The notes under the pieces: model-generated | The model's database searches: none | Told to the model about the DNA's origin: nothing | What the model saw: only the letters and a program-made list of their open reading frames with translations | Program-made: the position numbers and the translations under genes | Shown: positions 31,524-40,625 of the stretch, piece after piece | Layout of the letters: each line of letters starts with the position of its first letter | How positions within the stretch are numbered: the first letter of the stretch is position 1 | Virus record (IMG/VR): IMGVR_UViG_3300016478_000096 | Location: 1-55,983 of that record | DNA: 55,983 nt | Strand: one strand, 5' to 3' | From: a virus

Positions 31524-31530
31524 GGCGGGG
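31504..31530 (-). terminator. Rho-independent terminator at the convergence of the two arms. Canonical for the minus strand; hairpin only for the plus strand.
   Basis: CCCCGCC/GGCGGGG 7-bp stem with a 7-nt loop. The A6 run at 31504-31509 is a U-run on the minus strand. Confidence 0.7.
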
Positions 31531-31561
31531 CAAGGTTCCCAACAGGAACAGGAGACAACTG

Positions 31562-33553
31562 TTACTTGCGGCCAGCGGCCTCGATATCGGCCTCAATTGA
31601 CGGGATTTCAGGCGTGGGCTGCGCTGAAATGTCGGCCTCAATGTCCGTGGGCTCCGGCGTCGCCTGCTCAACACTTGGCGCAGGCCACACAGTGGTTGCG
31701 CCGCCCATCACGGCACCACGCTCAGCAGCAGTCCCACGCACGGCGCGCGGGGCCTCGCTGGCGGCGTGTTGCTCGAGGAACTTCACCACAGCGGCCACCT
31801 CGTGCGGGTCCTTGGCCATCAGCATGTCCGACAGCTTGTCGGCCACCTGGGGCGTGATCGTTTTGTTGCGCAGCGATCTGAGCGTGATGTTGGCCAGCGT
31901 CGTGCCAAAACCACCTCCAGTCACGGCGGCGGAAATGGCGTCCCCAACGCCTGGGCCCTCTTCCAGCGATTCGCGCATGGCGCCCCGTTTGGCGGTCTGC
32001 GAGCCACCCAGGATTTTGTTTGCCTGGTGGAAAAGCTGGGACTCGCGCTCCAGGGCTGTCTGGAACAAACGGAACTGCGACGGGTTATCGAAAAGCGGCT
32101 GCAGCTTGGCCACAGTCTCAGGCGAGTTGATGATTCGGTTGGCCGCGTTGAAGTTGGTCGACGGGTCCATCACCGTGCTGTACAGGTGGCGAGCCACGCC
32201 CGTGCGGAAGGCGTCCTTCTCGGCATCGCCCATGCCCGACACCAGCTTGATGACCTGCTCGTGGTCGAGCTTGTTAAAGTCGTTCATGCCGGTGCGCATG
32301 GCGTCGATCACCTCCAGATCGCCCGCGTAGGCTTGGCGGGCGGCCTTGTATGCAGGCACGTTCTCGTCGATCGCGTTCACAAACTCGCGGCGCAGATCGC
32401 GCAGCGCACTGGCCTCAGCCTTGGACAGACCCTGGCCCTTGAAGCCGGACTCGATCGTGGCGTCGATGCCGCGCTTGATGTAGTCCAGCGTGCGAACGTC
32501 TGGCAGCTTGGTCAGCTCGAGGATTTCAGCGCCGCTGTCGGTGAACTTGCCTGTGGGCTTGTAGAGCTCCGGCAGCGCAAAGCGGCTGGGGTCCTCGCCG
32601 CGCAGCTTGGCCGCCTGGCCCTCGGTTTCAGCGATGCCACGGGCTTTGTTGAAAAACTCCTGGAAGCGCGGGTTCTTGAGCACCTCCACGATGCGCGGGT
32701 CGTCCACATCGCCGTGGGCGTAGGCGTCCTCGTAAATGTCCTTGGCCTTGCCGCGCAGCTCTTTGACCAGGCGCTCTTCGTCGGCGTAGTAGTCGCCCGG
32801 CTGCAGACCCTTGCGGACCTGCTGGTATGTGCGCTCGCGGGCGCCTGTTTTTTGCTGGGTGAGCGTCTTTTCAACGCGGCGGGTACCTTTGCCGGTGCGC
32901 TGGGCCACAGCCTCGGCCAGGTCGGCCATGGCGTTGTCCACGTTGGCCACCACGCTGGGCACACCCATGGCGCGATCGCGGGCGGCCAGCTGCTCGATCT
33001 GCTGGGGCGTCAGATTCGACTCGCGCATGGCCTGGGTCATTTTTTCACCAGCGCGTCGGGAAATCGACGCCTCGGTGGGCGCCAGGCGGTCACGGAGCCA
33101 ACGAGCGGCCCCTGTGGCGCTTCGCATGGCGACGGGGGTACCCACGCCAAGGATTGTGCCAATCGTCGCGCCTGACACGGCGCCTGAGCCCCGCTGGCCC
33201 TCTTCGGCAGAACCTGCCCCGGACACGGCGCCGGTTGCGCCACCCAGGGCAGCCAGTTTGGCCAGCGCGCCCATGGTTGATGTGCCAAGCTGGGCGGCGC
33301 CTGCGGGCTGAGCGCCAGGGACAAACATCATGCCAACGGCAGGGGCCACGCCACCGGCAAACTCTGCGGCGGTCGATGTGATCGGGTATTCCTTGGAGTA
33401 CTGGGCGTACTCCTGGCGAATCTGCTTGAGCGCCTGCTCATAGGGCACGCCGCTGAGCTTGGAGCGCAGCCAGGCCTCGCCCTCGTCGCCCCAGCCCATG
33501 CCCAGGCCTTGGCCCAAAGCGGCGCGTGCGGCGCCTACATACGGATCTGCCAT
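31562..33553 (-). CDS. Putative internal virion / ejection protein (663 aa).
   Basis: Large G/A-rich N-terminus. Last gene of the late operon, in a block of four large non-enzymatic-looking proteins. Confidence 0.5.
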   Translation of the reverse strand: MADPYVGAARAALGQGLGMGWGDEGEAWLRSKLSGVPYEQALKQIRQEYAQYSKEYPITSTAAEFAGGVAPAVGMMFVPGAQPAGAAQLGTSTMGALAKLAALGGATGAVSGAGSAEEGQRGSGAVSGATIGTILGVGTPVAMRSATGAARWLRDRLAPTEASISRRAGEKMTQAMRESNLTPQQIEQLAARDRAMGVPSVVANVDNAMADLAEAVAQRTGKGTRRVEKTLTQQKTGARERTYQQVRKGLQPGDYYADEERLVKELRGKAKDIYEDAYAHGDVDDPRIVEVLKNPRFQEFFNKARGIAETEGQAAKLRGEDPSRFALPELYKPTGKFTDSGAEILELTKLPDVRTLDYIKRGIDATIESGFKGQGLSKAEASALRDLRREFVNAIDENVPAYKAARQAYAGDLEVIDAMRTGMNDFNKLDHEQVIKLVSGMGDAEKDAFRTGVARHLYSTVMDPSTNFNAANRIINSPETVAKLQPLFDNPSQFRLFQTALERESQLFHQANKILGGSQTAKRGAMRESLEEGPGVGDAISAAVTGGGFGTTLANITLRSLRNKTITPQVADKLSDMLMAKDPHEVAAVVKFLEQHAASEAPRAVRGTAAERGAVMGGATTVWPAPSVEQATPEPTDIEADISAQPTPEIPSIEADIEAAGRK

Positions 33554-34824
33554 TACTCACCCCCGCCAATGTTGGTTTCTCGGTACAGGCCCTGGTTGAT
33601 CTCGTTGAGGCGCTTCTTGGAGCGCTGGTAGATCGCTTGCATGGCTGTGGCCGCGTTTTGCATGATCTTGCCACGCTCTTCGATGCTCTTGGCGCCCAGG
33701 CCTTGCGTGGCCATGAGGGCTTTGCGCTCGTCGTTGGAAATCTGACCAGGAAACGTGGACTTGAGCTGCGACAACGCTGCTTTTTCGAGCAGGTTTTCCA
33801 TTTCTCGCGTGTCCTGCAGCTTCTTGTCCTTGCTGCCAGCGGCCTCCAACAGCTTGCGCTGGGCGGTGTCGGGCAGAGAGGTGTCGAAGGTGGTCGGGTT
33901 GAGCGCCATGGCTTTTTTCAAGTTCTCGTAGCCCTGCTGCGTCTGCGCCAGCGTGTCCTCGGTCTCCGTCTTGAGCTTCATTTCCTGCGGCGTCAGCTTG
34001 GCCTGCTGGGCTTTGGTCTGCTCGAACTTCTGCTGATTGAGCGCCAAGTTCGCCTGCGCCACCGACATGTTGGCCAGCGTCGCGTTGATCTGCCCCATCT
34101 GCCGCTCGACGTTCATGTCGGCGATCTGGGAGACGCGCTTCTGAAACTCGGGTGTGCCGGGCTGCAAACCCTCGTCCTTGGCCTGCTTGCCTGCGCTGGA
34201 CTCGGGCTGGCCGGACTTCACGTAGTCCTTGATCAGCTCGGTGGCGATCGTGCGCTTGTCCTTCATGCCCTCGGCGGCAAGCTGGCGCAGTGTGGCGACG
34301 TCCTCTTTGGCGCCGGTCATGCGCAGCTTCTGCGCTTCCAGGCCAAGCTGCAACTGGCGGTTGCGTTCAGCCAATCCGGCCTCGCGCTGCTCCTTGTTGA
34401 TGGCTGCGGCGGCCTCACCGGCCTTGCCCAGCGATTCCATGAAGTTGCCGGTCTTGGTGGGCGCACCAAAAGCGGCGGCCAGACGGAAGTACATCTCGGC
34501 CTTGCTGGGGCCGGTGTCGCCTTGCGCCTTCATGGCGTCCTGCAGGAGCTTGTTGAACGCCTCGGACTCGCGGGTCATGGTCTCGCGTGCCGTTTTCAGC
34601 TCAGGACCATAGTCGTCGCCCTGCGGAAAATACCGACCAAGAAGCGACAGAAGCTGCTGGTTTCCCTGCTCTGGCAGGCCAGCAGGCGCAGCGGCAACAG
34701 GCGCGGCAGCCATGGTGGCGGGCGCAACCGGAGCGGCCTGCGCGATCGGGGCGCCAGCGACGGGCAGCCGAATCCCAGGTTCCGCAACATCGTAATTCGA
34801 GGCCAAGTCGTAGATCGATGGCAT
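33553..34824 (-). CDS. Putative internal virion protein, coiled-coil rich (423 aa).
   Basis: GGAGG SD. Long Q/K/E-rich helical segments. Confidence 0.5.
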   Translation of the reverse strand: MPSIYDLASNYDVAEPGIRLPVAGAPIAQAAPVAPATMAAAPVAAAPAGLPEQGNQQLLSLLGRYFPQGDDYGPELKTARETMTRESEAFNKLLQDAMKAQGDTGPSKAEMYFRLAAAFGAPTKTGNFMESLGKAGEAAAAINKEQREAGLAERNRQLQLGLEAQKLRMTGAKEDVATLRQLAAEGMKDKRTIATELIKDYVKSGQPESSAGKQAKDEGLQPGTPEFQKRVSQIADMNVERQMGQINATLANMSVAQANLALNQQKFEQTKAQQAKLTPQEMKLKTETEDTLAQTQQGYENLKKAMALNPTTFDTSLPDTAQRKLLEAAGSKDKKLQDTREMENLLEKAALSQLKSTFPGQISNDERKALMATQGLGAKSIEERGKIMQNAATAMQAIYQRSKKRLNEINQGLYRETNIGGGE

Positions 34825-34839
34825 GTGTGCCTCCAGAAA

Positions 34840-36177
34840 TTAAGAGCCCAGCAACTTGCTCAAGCCTGCCGATGCCGACAGGCCCGTGGCCAGCTGCTGC
34901 AGTGGCGATGCCGAGTACGTGGCGCCAGTGGTCGTGCCACTTTGCGTCTGCGAGGTTTGCACGTTGGGCGCCATTCCGCGAACTTGCGTGGACAGCCAGT
35001 CGAGCTGCGTTTTGGGGTAGTTCAGCTCCGTGAGGTACTGCTGGTACGCTGCATCGGCCTGCTTCTGGGCGAGCTGCTGTTGCGACAAACCGGCGGCCTC
35101 CAGGGCTGCGACGTCTTGCGTGCGCATCTGCTGGCCTTGCTGGGCCTGCGTGGCCATCTGTTGGAGCACGGATTGCTGGCGCTGCAGATCGGCGCTGGTG
35201 AGCTGGCCGGTCTGCGAACCGGCGCTGAGCAGGGCCTGCTGCTGCTGCTGGGTCAGGCCGCCAAGCTGCGTGCCAACGGTCCCCAGGGCTTGGGCGCGCG
35301 CCATTTCCTGCTGCGCGGCCTGCTGCTGGGCCGATGTGAGCGCCTGACCACCGGCCAGAATGGCCTGCTGCTGGGCGGTACCGAGGCCACCGGCCGTGGT
35401 GGCCAGACCGGCTTGGCGCTGGGCTTCTTGCTGGGCGGCCGACAGAGCCTGGCCGTAGCCAGCCTGCAAAGCCTGCGACTGCTGGTTCAGGATGGACTCT
35501 TGCGTGTCACGCAGCGCGCGGCTGCCAAACTCGCCCATGCGAGTTCCGCCGAACTGACCTGCACGCACAAACGCGTCGGACACGGCGGGAAGTAAGTTTT
35601 CAGACAGATTGCGCGCGCCGAGCTTGGCGATCTGGTTGGTCACACTTTCGGTGTACGGGCTCATGAAGTCTTGCACCGCACCGGCCGTGGACTGGCTGGC
35701 GGCCTGCAGGTATGGCTGCGCGGCAGACAGGCCGGAGCTGCCCAGGCTCTCCTGGACATACGGGGACAGGGTGCGCGCGCCTGCGCCGGTGTCAACGCCA
35801 CCCAGGGCAGCAGCAGACTGCGACAGGTAGGGCTGGGCCGCGCCCACGCCACTTGTGCCAACCGCCTGCTGAATGAACGGCTGAGCCGCAGCGGCGCCAC
35901 CAGGGGCAGTGCTGAGCGCCGTCAGACCGGTTTGGGCCTGCTGGAACTCTGGCTGCCATGCGCCTTGGTTGGCGCTGACGGCCTGCCAGGCTTGCTGCTG
36001 TTGCGGCGTTGCGCCAGCCACCAGAGTGCCGCCATACGGAGTGAATGGCGTGTTGGCCACGTTGGTGGCCTGGTAAATCTGGTTGTAGATGGCGTCCTGC
36101 AGCCACTTCGGGGTTTCCGTGGTGCTGGTGACGTAGGAGGTGGCTTTCTGGGGATCGCCTTGGAACAAGCTGGCCAT
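34840..36177 (-). CDS. Low-complexity Q/A/G-rich virion protein (445 aa) with AAQP[FY][IL] repeats.
   Basis: AAAQPFIQQA, GAAQPYLSQS and SAAQPYLQAA repeats, plus long QQ runs. Confidence 0.5.
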   Translation of the reverse strand: MASLFQGDPQKATSYVTSTTETPKWLQDAIYNQIYQATNVANTPFTPYGGTLVAGATPQQQQAWQAVSANQGAWQPEFQQAQTGLTALSTAPGGAAAAQPFIQQAVGTSGVGAAQPYLSQSAAALGGVDTGAGARTLSPYVQESLGSSGLSAAQPYLQAASQSTAGAVQDFMSPYTESVTNQIAKLGARNLSENLLPAVSDAFVRAGQFGGTRMGEFGSRALRDTQESILNQQSQALQAGYGQALSAAQQEAQRQAGLATTAGGLGTAQQQAILAGGQALTSAQQQAAQQEMARAQALGTVGTQLGGLTQQQQQALLSAGSQTGQLTSADLQRQQSVLQQMATQAQQGQQMRTQDVAALEAAGLSQQQLAQKQADAAYQQYLTELNYPKTQLDWLSTQVRGMAPNVQTSQTQSGTTTGATYSASPLQQLATGLSASAGLSKLLGS

Positions 36178-36207
36178 GTTATGCGCTCTCTTTCATGCGG
36201 ACGGCAA

Positions 36208-38115
36208 TCAAGCCGCCTCTTTCAGATATGCCAATGGTGATTTGGCGTTCGCGCTGAACTTGCCCCGGGCCATTGATTTGCCTTTGTGCTGCCGAATTTT
36301 AGCCCGCATCTCATCCAAACGGCGAGCCCCGTCCTTGGTGGAGCCGTCGCCCAAGAGCGACACGGTTTCAGCGTCCATCACGTACTCGCCATCGGAGAGC
36401 TTGGCGTTGATGGTGTCATCGCGGCCAGAACCGCCGCCTTCGGCCAGACGAGAAAGAATGCCGCCCCGTGCCTTGGCCACCGCCGTGGTGTCCGTGGCGA
36501 CGGGGTTGTCGTACATGCCGCCGCCGACCTTGTCCCAGTTGCGGGCGATGTAGCTGCCCAGCGGCAGGCCCTGCATCTTGGCGGCCGCGCTGAGCGTGTC
36601 CCAATTCCAGGTGCGCATCGGGCGGTTGAAGTACTCCTTCTGCTCGGGCGTCATGCCAGCGACCACCTGCTGCACCTGCTCTGGCGTCTGGGCGGCGCTG
36701 AACAGCGAGAGCAGCGGCAGCATACTGGCAGCAGAGCTCAGACCGCTCACGCCCAGCTTGTTTGTGGACCCTGCGTCGGTCTTGGCAACCGTCGGCATGG
36801 CTTCGGCGGTTTGCGCGGCGATCGCGTTGAGTGGGGACTGCTGGATGCCAGTGCCAAGCTCCGGTTGGGCCGAGGCGGTTTGCGTAGTGGGGGCCGTCAG
36901 GGAGTAGTCAACGGTCGGGGTTTCCGGACCGGTGTATGTCGGCGTGGTGCCGCCCGTCAGGCTGTAGTTTGTGCCCAAGCCCATCTCCGGTACGCTGGCT
37001 GTGTTCAGGGCCGGGGCTTTCAGGCCTTCGACGGCAATGTCGGACGGCGATTTCAGGCCCAGGCCGCCGGTGTCGGATGGGGTAATGTCGTAGGGCGATT
37101 TCGCGGGCTCAGCATTCAGACCTGCGGCCAGGCCGGTCAGCGCACCCTGCGCCAGCGCCTGCTGGGGCGATGCGCCCATGGTCAGCGCGTTGCCAATCTG
37201 GGTGCCTGCGGTCTGCAAGCCTGCGCCAAGTTGGCCACCAACGCCGCTGGCAGCGTTTGACAACGTGCTGCCGGTGTACCCGCCAAGTGCGCCTTGCAAA
37301 GCGCCCTGCGTGGCGCCCTGGCCGCTCAGTGCCCCCTGGGCTGCGCCAGCAAGCGTGCTGCCGACCACGTTTTGGGCCGTGCTGCCAAGACCAAGGTTCA
37401 GGGCATCGCTGGCCGCGCCGCCCAAGGCAGATGCGCCGCCAGCGCCAATAGCTCCGCCAAGGGCTCCCTGCAGGGCATTGCCACCTGCAGCGGCTGAGCT
37501 GGCACCGCCAATCACTGCGCTGCCAAGCATGCTGGCCGCCGTGCCGCTGGCGCCCAAGGCCGTGCCGATCGCGGTACCGATTCCGGGAGCCACGATCGAC
37601 AGCACAACGGGCGCCACGGCTGCGATCAGCTTGCCGACGCCGCCCTTGAACTCGACCAAGCCGGTCGTGGGGTTCACGGTGCCGGAGCCGCCCATGCGAG
37701 CCAGCATCGAGGCCTCACGCGGGTTGATGTGCGCCAGCATGGTGTCGCCACCACGGCCAGCAGCGGCAACGCGCTGGGCCGCCTGAGCCAGGCCACCACG
37801 GGCAAACGCCTGCGAGCCGCCAGACTGGTAACGGGCTTGCACCTCGTACAAGGCCACCAGCATGGACACGATCAGCACGGGGTCGAACTCGGTGGGGAAG
37901 TCCTGCTCAGAGCCAAAACCGGACTTGATCGCGGCCGCACGCACCTCGGCGTATTTTTGCGGGTTCTGCAGCACGTACTCCAGCGTGGCCACCAGTTGGT
38001 CGACCATGTGCTCGGTGATGCCGGGCATGTTGGAAATGCGCGCCTCGATGACGTCAGCGGCCTGCTGAACCTGCGGGTTGTTGGCCGCCATGGCCATGAT
38101 CGTTTGCTTGTCCAT
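36208..38115 (-). CDS. Putative internal virion protein (635 aa) with a G/A/S-rich core.
   Basis: ATG at 38115 overlaps the GNAT stop (ATGA); the ORF track begins at GTG 38118. Motifs are GDTMLAHINPREASMLARMGGSGTVNPTTGLVEF, FARGGLA and KARGGIL. Confidence 0.5.
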   Translation of the reverse strand: MDKQTIMAMAANNPQVQQAADVIEARISNMPGITEHMVDQLVATLEYVLQNPQKYAEVRAAAIKSGFGSEQDFPTEFDPVLIVSMLVALYEVQARYQSGGSQAFARGGLAQAAQRVAAAGRGGDTMLAHINPREASMLARMGGSGTVNPTTGLVEFKGGVGKLIAAVAPVVLSIVAPGIGTAIGTALGASGTAASMLGSAVIGGASSAAAGGNALQGALGGAIGAGGASALGGAASDALNLGLGSTAQNVVGSTLAGAAQGALSGQGATQGALQGALGGYTGSTLSNAASGVGGQLGAGLQTAGTQIGNALTMGASPQQALAQGALTGLAAGLNAEPAKSPYDITPSDTGGLGLKSPSDIAVEGLKAPALNTASVPEMGLGTNYSLTGGTTPTYTGPETPTVDYSLTAPTTQTASAQPELGTGIQQSPLNAIAAQTAEAMPTVAKTDAGSTNKLGVSGLSSAASMLPLLSLFSAAQTPEQVQQVVAGMTPEQKEYFNRPMRTWNWDTLSAAAKMQGLPLGSYIARNWDKVGGGMYDNPVATDTTAVAKARGGILSRLAEGGGSGRDDTINAKLSDGEYVMDAETVSLLGDGSTKDGARRLDEMRAKIRQHKGKSMARGKFSANAKSPLAYLKEAA

Positions 38116-38561
38116 CACTTACTCCTGCGATTCCATTTGTGTTGCTCGTAATCTTTGCGCAAGAAACCGTAAACGCAAAGATCGTCATCCTTGAAAGCCC
38201 GACGCATCACGCCCTCGAGCTGAAAACCGATGTGCTCGTCAAACTGGCGAGCGGCCATATTTTTTGCCCGCACCAGACCCGTCACACGCTGCACCTGGAA
38301 GTACTCGAAGGCATAGTCGAAAACGCCCCTGAACATTTCCAGAGCAGCGCGCGGCGTGGCCCATTGGGCGCCAGGCTTGGCGGCGGTGTGCATGTCCACG
38401 TTTGTGTCGGTGAAGTTCGAGAGCACCACCACAAACGCAAACTCGCCAGCCTCATCCACGGCAGACAGCGCGCGGCAAAACCCGGTCGGGCTTTCTATGC
38501 TCAAAACACCCTTGGCCCATTCGATGGCCTCGTGCTCGCGCTGTGTGCCGATGTACTTCAT
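38115..38561 (-). CDS. GNAT-family (RimJ/RimL-like) N-acetyltransferase.
   Basis: RVTGLVRAKNMAARQFDEHIGFQLEGVMR...DDLCVYGFL fits the acetyl-CoA-binding region of Acetyltransf_3-type GNATs. ATGA overlaps at both ends. Confidence 0.7.
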   Translation of the reverse strand: MKYIGTQREHEAIEWAKGVLSIESPTGFCRALSAVDEAGEFAFVVVLSNFTDTNVDMHTAAKPGAQWATPRAALEMFRGVFDYAFEYFQVQRVTGLVRAKNMAARQFDEHIGFQLEGVMRRAFKDDDLCVYGFLRKDYEQHKWNRRSK

Positions 38562-38785
38562 GACAGCGAGCCCACCAGGCGCTCAGCCCACTCGCGCCAA
38601 TCCGTGAAGCCGTAAGGAATCGGCAAGTTACGGCCGATCGTGGTGTTGTTCAAAAACTGCATGCCCCAGTCCTGCCATTTGTCAGGATTATCGAGCCGAC
38701 CGAAGGAGCCGTAAGAGTCCAGGTCGATGCTGATCTGAGAAGCCCAGTCGAGCAACTGCATACCGGTGGGCCTTGTGATGATCAT
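38558..38785 (-). CDS. Hypothetical virion-module protein (75 aa).
   Basis: ATGA overlaps at both ends. Confidence 0.65.
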   Translation of the reverse strand: MIITRPTGMQLLDWASQISIDLDSYGSFGRLDNPDKWQDWGMQFLNNTTIGRNLPIPYGFTDWREWAERLVGSLS

Positions 38786-40611
38786 CCCAGCACCGTCTTG
38801 TCCCCGGTCTCAAGGTGACCGATGATTTGCCCCATCTGGTAGTCGCCGTACAGCGCGTTGGACTCAAAGCGCAGGCGAAGCTCGCGGCGCTGCTCTTTGA
38901 GCATCACGATCTGCTCGTATGGCTGGCTGGCCTGGTCAGGGAAGGTGAAGATCGAGCTGTACACCTCGGGCGCGCGGGCGTTGGCCCGGCCAGTGACCTG
39001 CACAGTCATGGGTCCGTTTTGCACGAAGTCCGGCTCGATGATGGAAATCCGCAAGTACTCGCTGCTGCCTTGGGCGACCGGCGACAAGTCGGCGGTCTCG
39101 AAGAAGGACTGGATTGGCTCGGCCAGCGTGCCGTCGATCATGTCCACGCCCTGCTCATGCACCCAGGTGCGGTATCCGCTGGCGGTTGGCACGGCATCGA
39201 CCAGGATGGGGGCAGCAAACGCGTTGTTGAAACCACCAGCGGAGCGGCCAACATCGGGCAGCGCGGTGTCGTACCAGGTGTTTTCGCGCACGTTGTAGAT
39301 CACGGCGTGCGTGCATTCGGTGGCGTCGCCGCGTGGGTAGCACCACCAGATTTCGCCGTAGCGCGGCACCTTGAAGGCAAAAACCTTGCTGTGCTGGTGC
39401 GGGTTCAGGCCGTCCAAGAAGTAGTTGATGTTGAGCTGGTTGGGCACATCGCGCACCACGCCGTTGAACATCAGGAAGCGGTCCACACCGGCCCAATAAA
39501 ACACGCCGTCGTAGTCCACAACCGAGTCAGCGGACATGATCGAGGTGTCGGTGGCGATCGTGTCGAACTGGAACACCGTTGATCCACCCGTAAAGGTGGC
39601 GCGAATCACGGCGTCGTAGGCCCAAAAGATGCCAGCCGGAGCCGAACCAGAGCCTGCGCGCAGCGGCATGCCCTTGACGATCTTTTGACCCCAGACTCGG
39701 GCAATACCCGAGCCCGCGCCGGTCAGGTTTGTGGGTTCGCCAGCGACGGACCAGCCGATGATGCCCGCCGTGCCGTAGTAGAACAGGTACGGGTGCAGCG
39801 CCACGATGCCGCCCGTGGCGTTGGCGCCGGACGGAATCTGCACGCTTTTCAAAGGCGCGGTGCCCAGAATGTCACCGAAAAAAATCTGGCCGCCGACGTC
39901 GTTGCACAGGCAGTTGCCGTTGGGCGCCACGTGGGCCAGCAAGGAGTTGTACGTGGTCGACGAGTCGTACTCGGACTGGAACATCCAGCGGTTTGCCTCA
40001 GACGCCACCAGCGCGTCAGAGCCACCCGCCATGTCGGTTGATGTAGCCGTGATCGTGGTCACGTTTGGCACGACGGCATAGCCGTTTGTGGCCCCGTTGG
40101 CCGTCACGGCCGTGATGGTGATCACCGGGCCAACGGCCACAGCGGTGTAATCGGGGGACGAGGTGAACAGGTTGATGTTTGTGGCCACAGCCGTTGCCGT
40201 TGCGGCCAAGCTGCCAACAAACGCCACGCCGCCTGACATGATCTGCACGCCGTTGACCGTGATGCCGTTGACGGCCCCTGCTGCGCCGCCCGTGAGCGTC
40301 ACAGTGCCCGTCGCGGCCACAGCCACTGGGGTGCGGTTGGACACCAGGCTGGCGTTCTTGCTGGCGTCGATCGTGAAGCGCTCCAGCGTGCTTGGGCCGC
40401 CGCTGTGGCAGTACTGCAGCAGCTGCTGCGTGAAGCTCATGAAGCCGCGCGAAATCTCGGTCAGGTACTTGGAAATCGAGCGGTACCCGCCGATCTTGCG
40501 AGGCAGGCCGCGCTGAAACCGCACCCACTGGCCGTCGGTGTAGAACTCACCGTCGAACTTGGTGCCGTCGCGCTTGATGCCAGGCTGGGAGCGGAGGATT
40601 TGGGTTGGCAT
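38782..40611 (-). CDS. Putative tail protein (609 aa).
   Basis: Position in the tail block. A beta-rich T/V/A/G insertion (VAVAATGTVTLTGGAAGAVNGITVNG...). Function unverified. Confidence 0.5.
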   Translation of the reverse strand: MPTQILRSQPGIKRDGTKFDGEFYTDGQWVRFQRGLPRKIGGYRSISKYLTEISRGFMSFTQQLLQYCHSGGPSTLERFTIDASKNASLVSNRTPVAVAATGTVTLTGGAAGAVNGITVNGVQIMSGGVAFVGSLAATATAVATNINLFTSSPDYTAVAVGPVITITAVTANGATNGYAVVPNVTTITATSTDMAGGSDALVASEANRWMFQSEYDSSTTYNSLLAHVAPNGNCLCNDVGGQIFFGDILGTAPLKSVQIPSGANATGGIVALHPYLFYYGTAGIIGWSVAGEPTNLTGAGSGIARVWGQKIVKGMPLRAGSGSAPAGIFWAYDAVIRATFTGGSTVFQFDTIATDTSIMSADSVVDYDGVFYWAGVDRFLMFNGVVRDVPNQLNINYFLDGLNPHQHSKVFAFKVPRYGEIWWCYPRGDATECTHAVIYNVRENTWYDTALPDVGRSAGGFNNAFAAPILVDAVPTASGYRTWVHEQGVDMIDGTLAEPIQSFFETADLSPVAQGSSEYLRISIIEPDFVQNGPMTVQVTGRANARAPEVYSSIFTFPDQASQPYEQIVMLKEQRRELRLRFESNALYGDYQMGQIIGHLETGDKTVLG

Positions 40612-40625
40612 CTGTGTTTTCCCGC

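Noticed and set aside
33526-35595. 689-aa plus-strand ORF, the longest non-annotated ORF in the late region.
   Set aside because: It is antisense to two well-supported minus-strand genes that have SD sites and overlap coupling. Its product is L/G/R/A/Q-rich with no motif. It is a typical stop-free shadow frame of high-G+C DNA.
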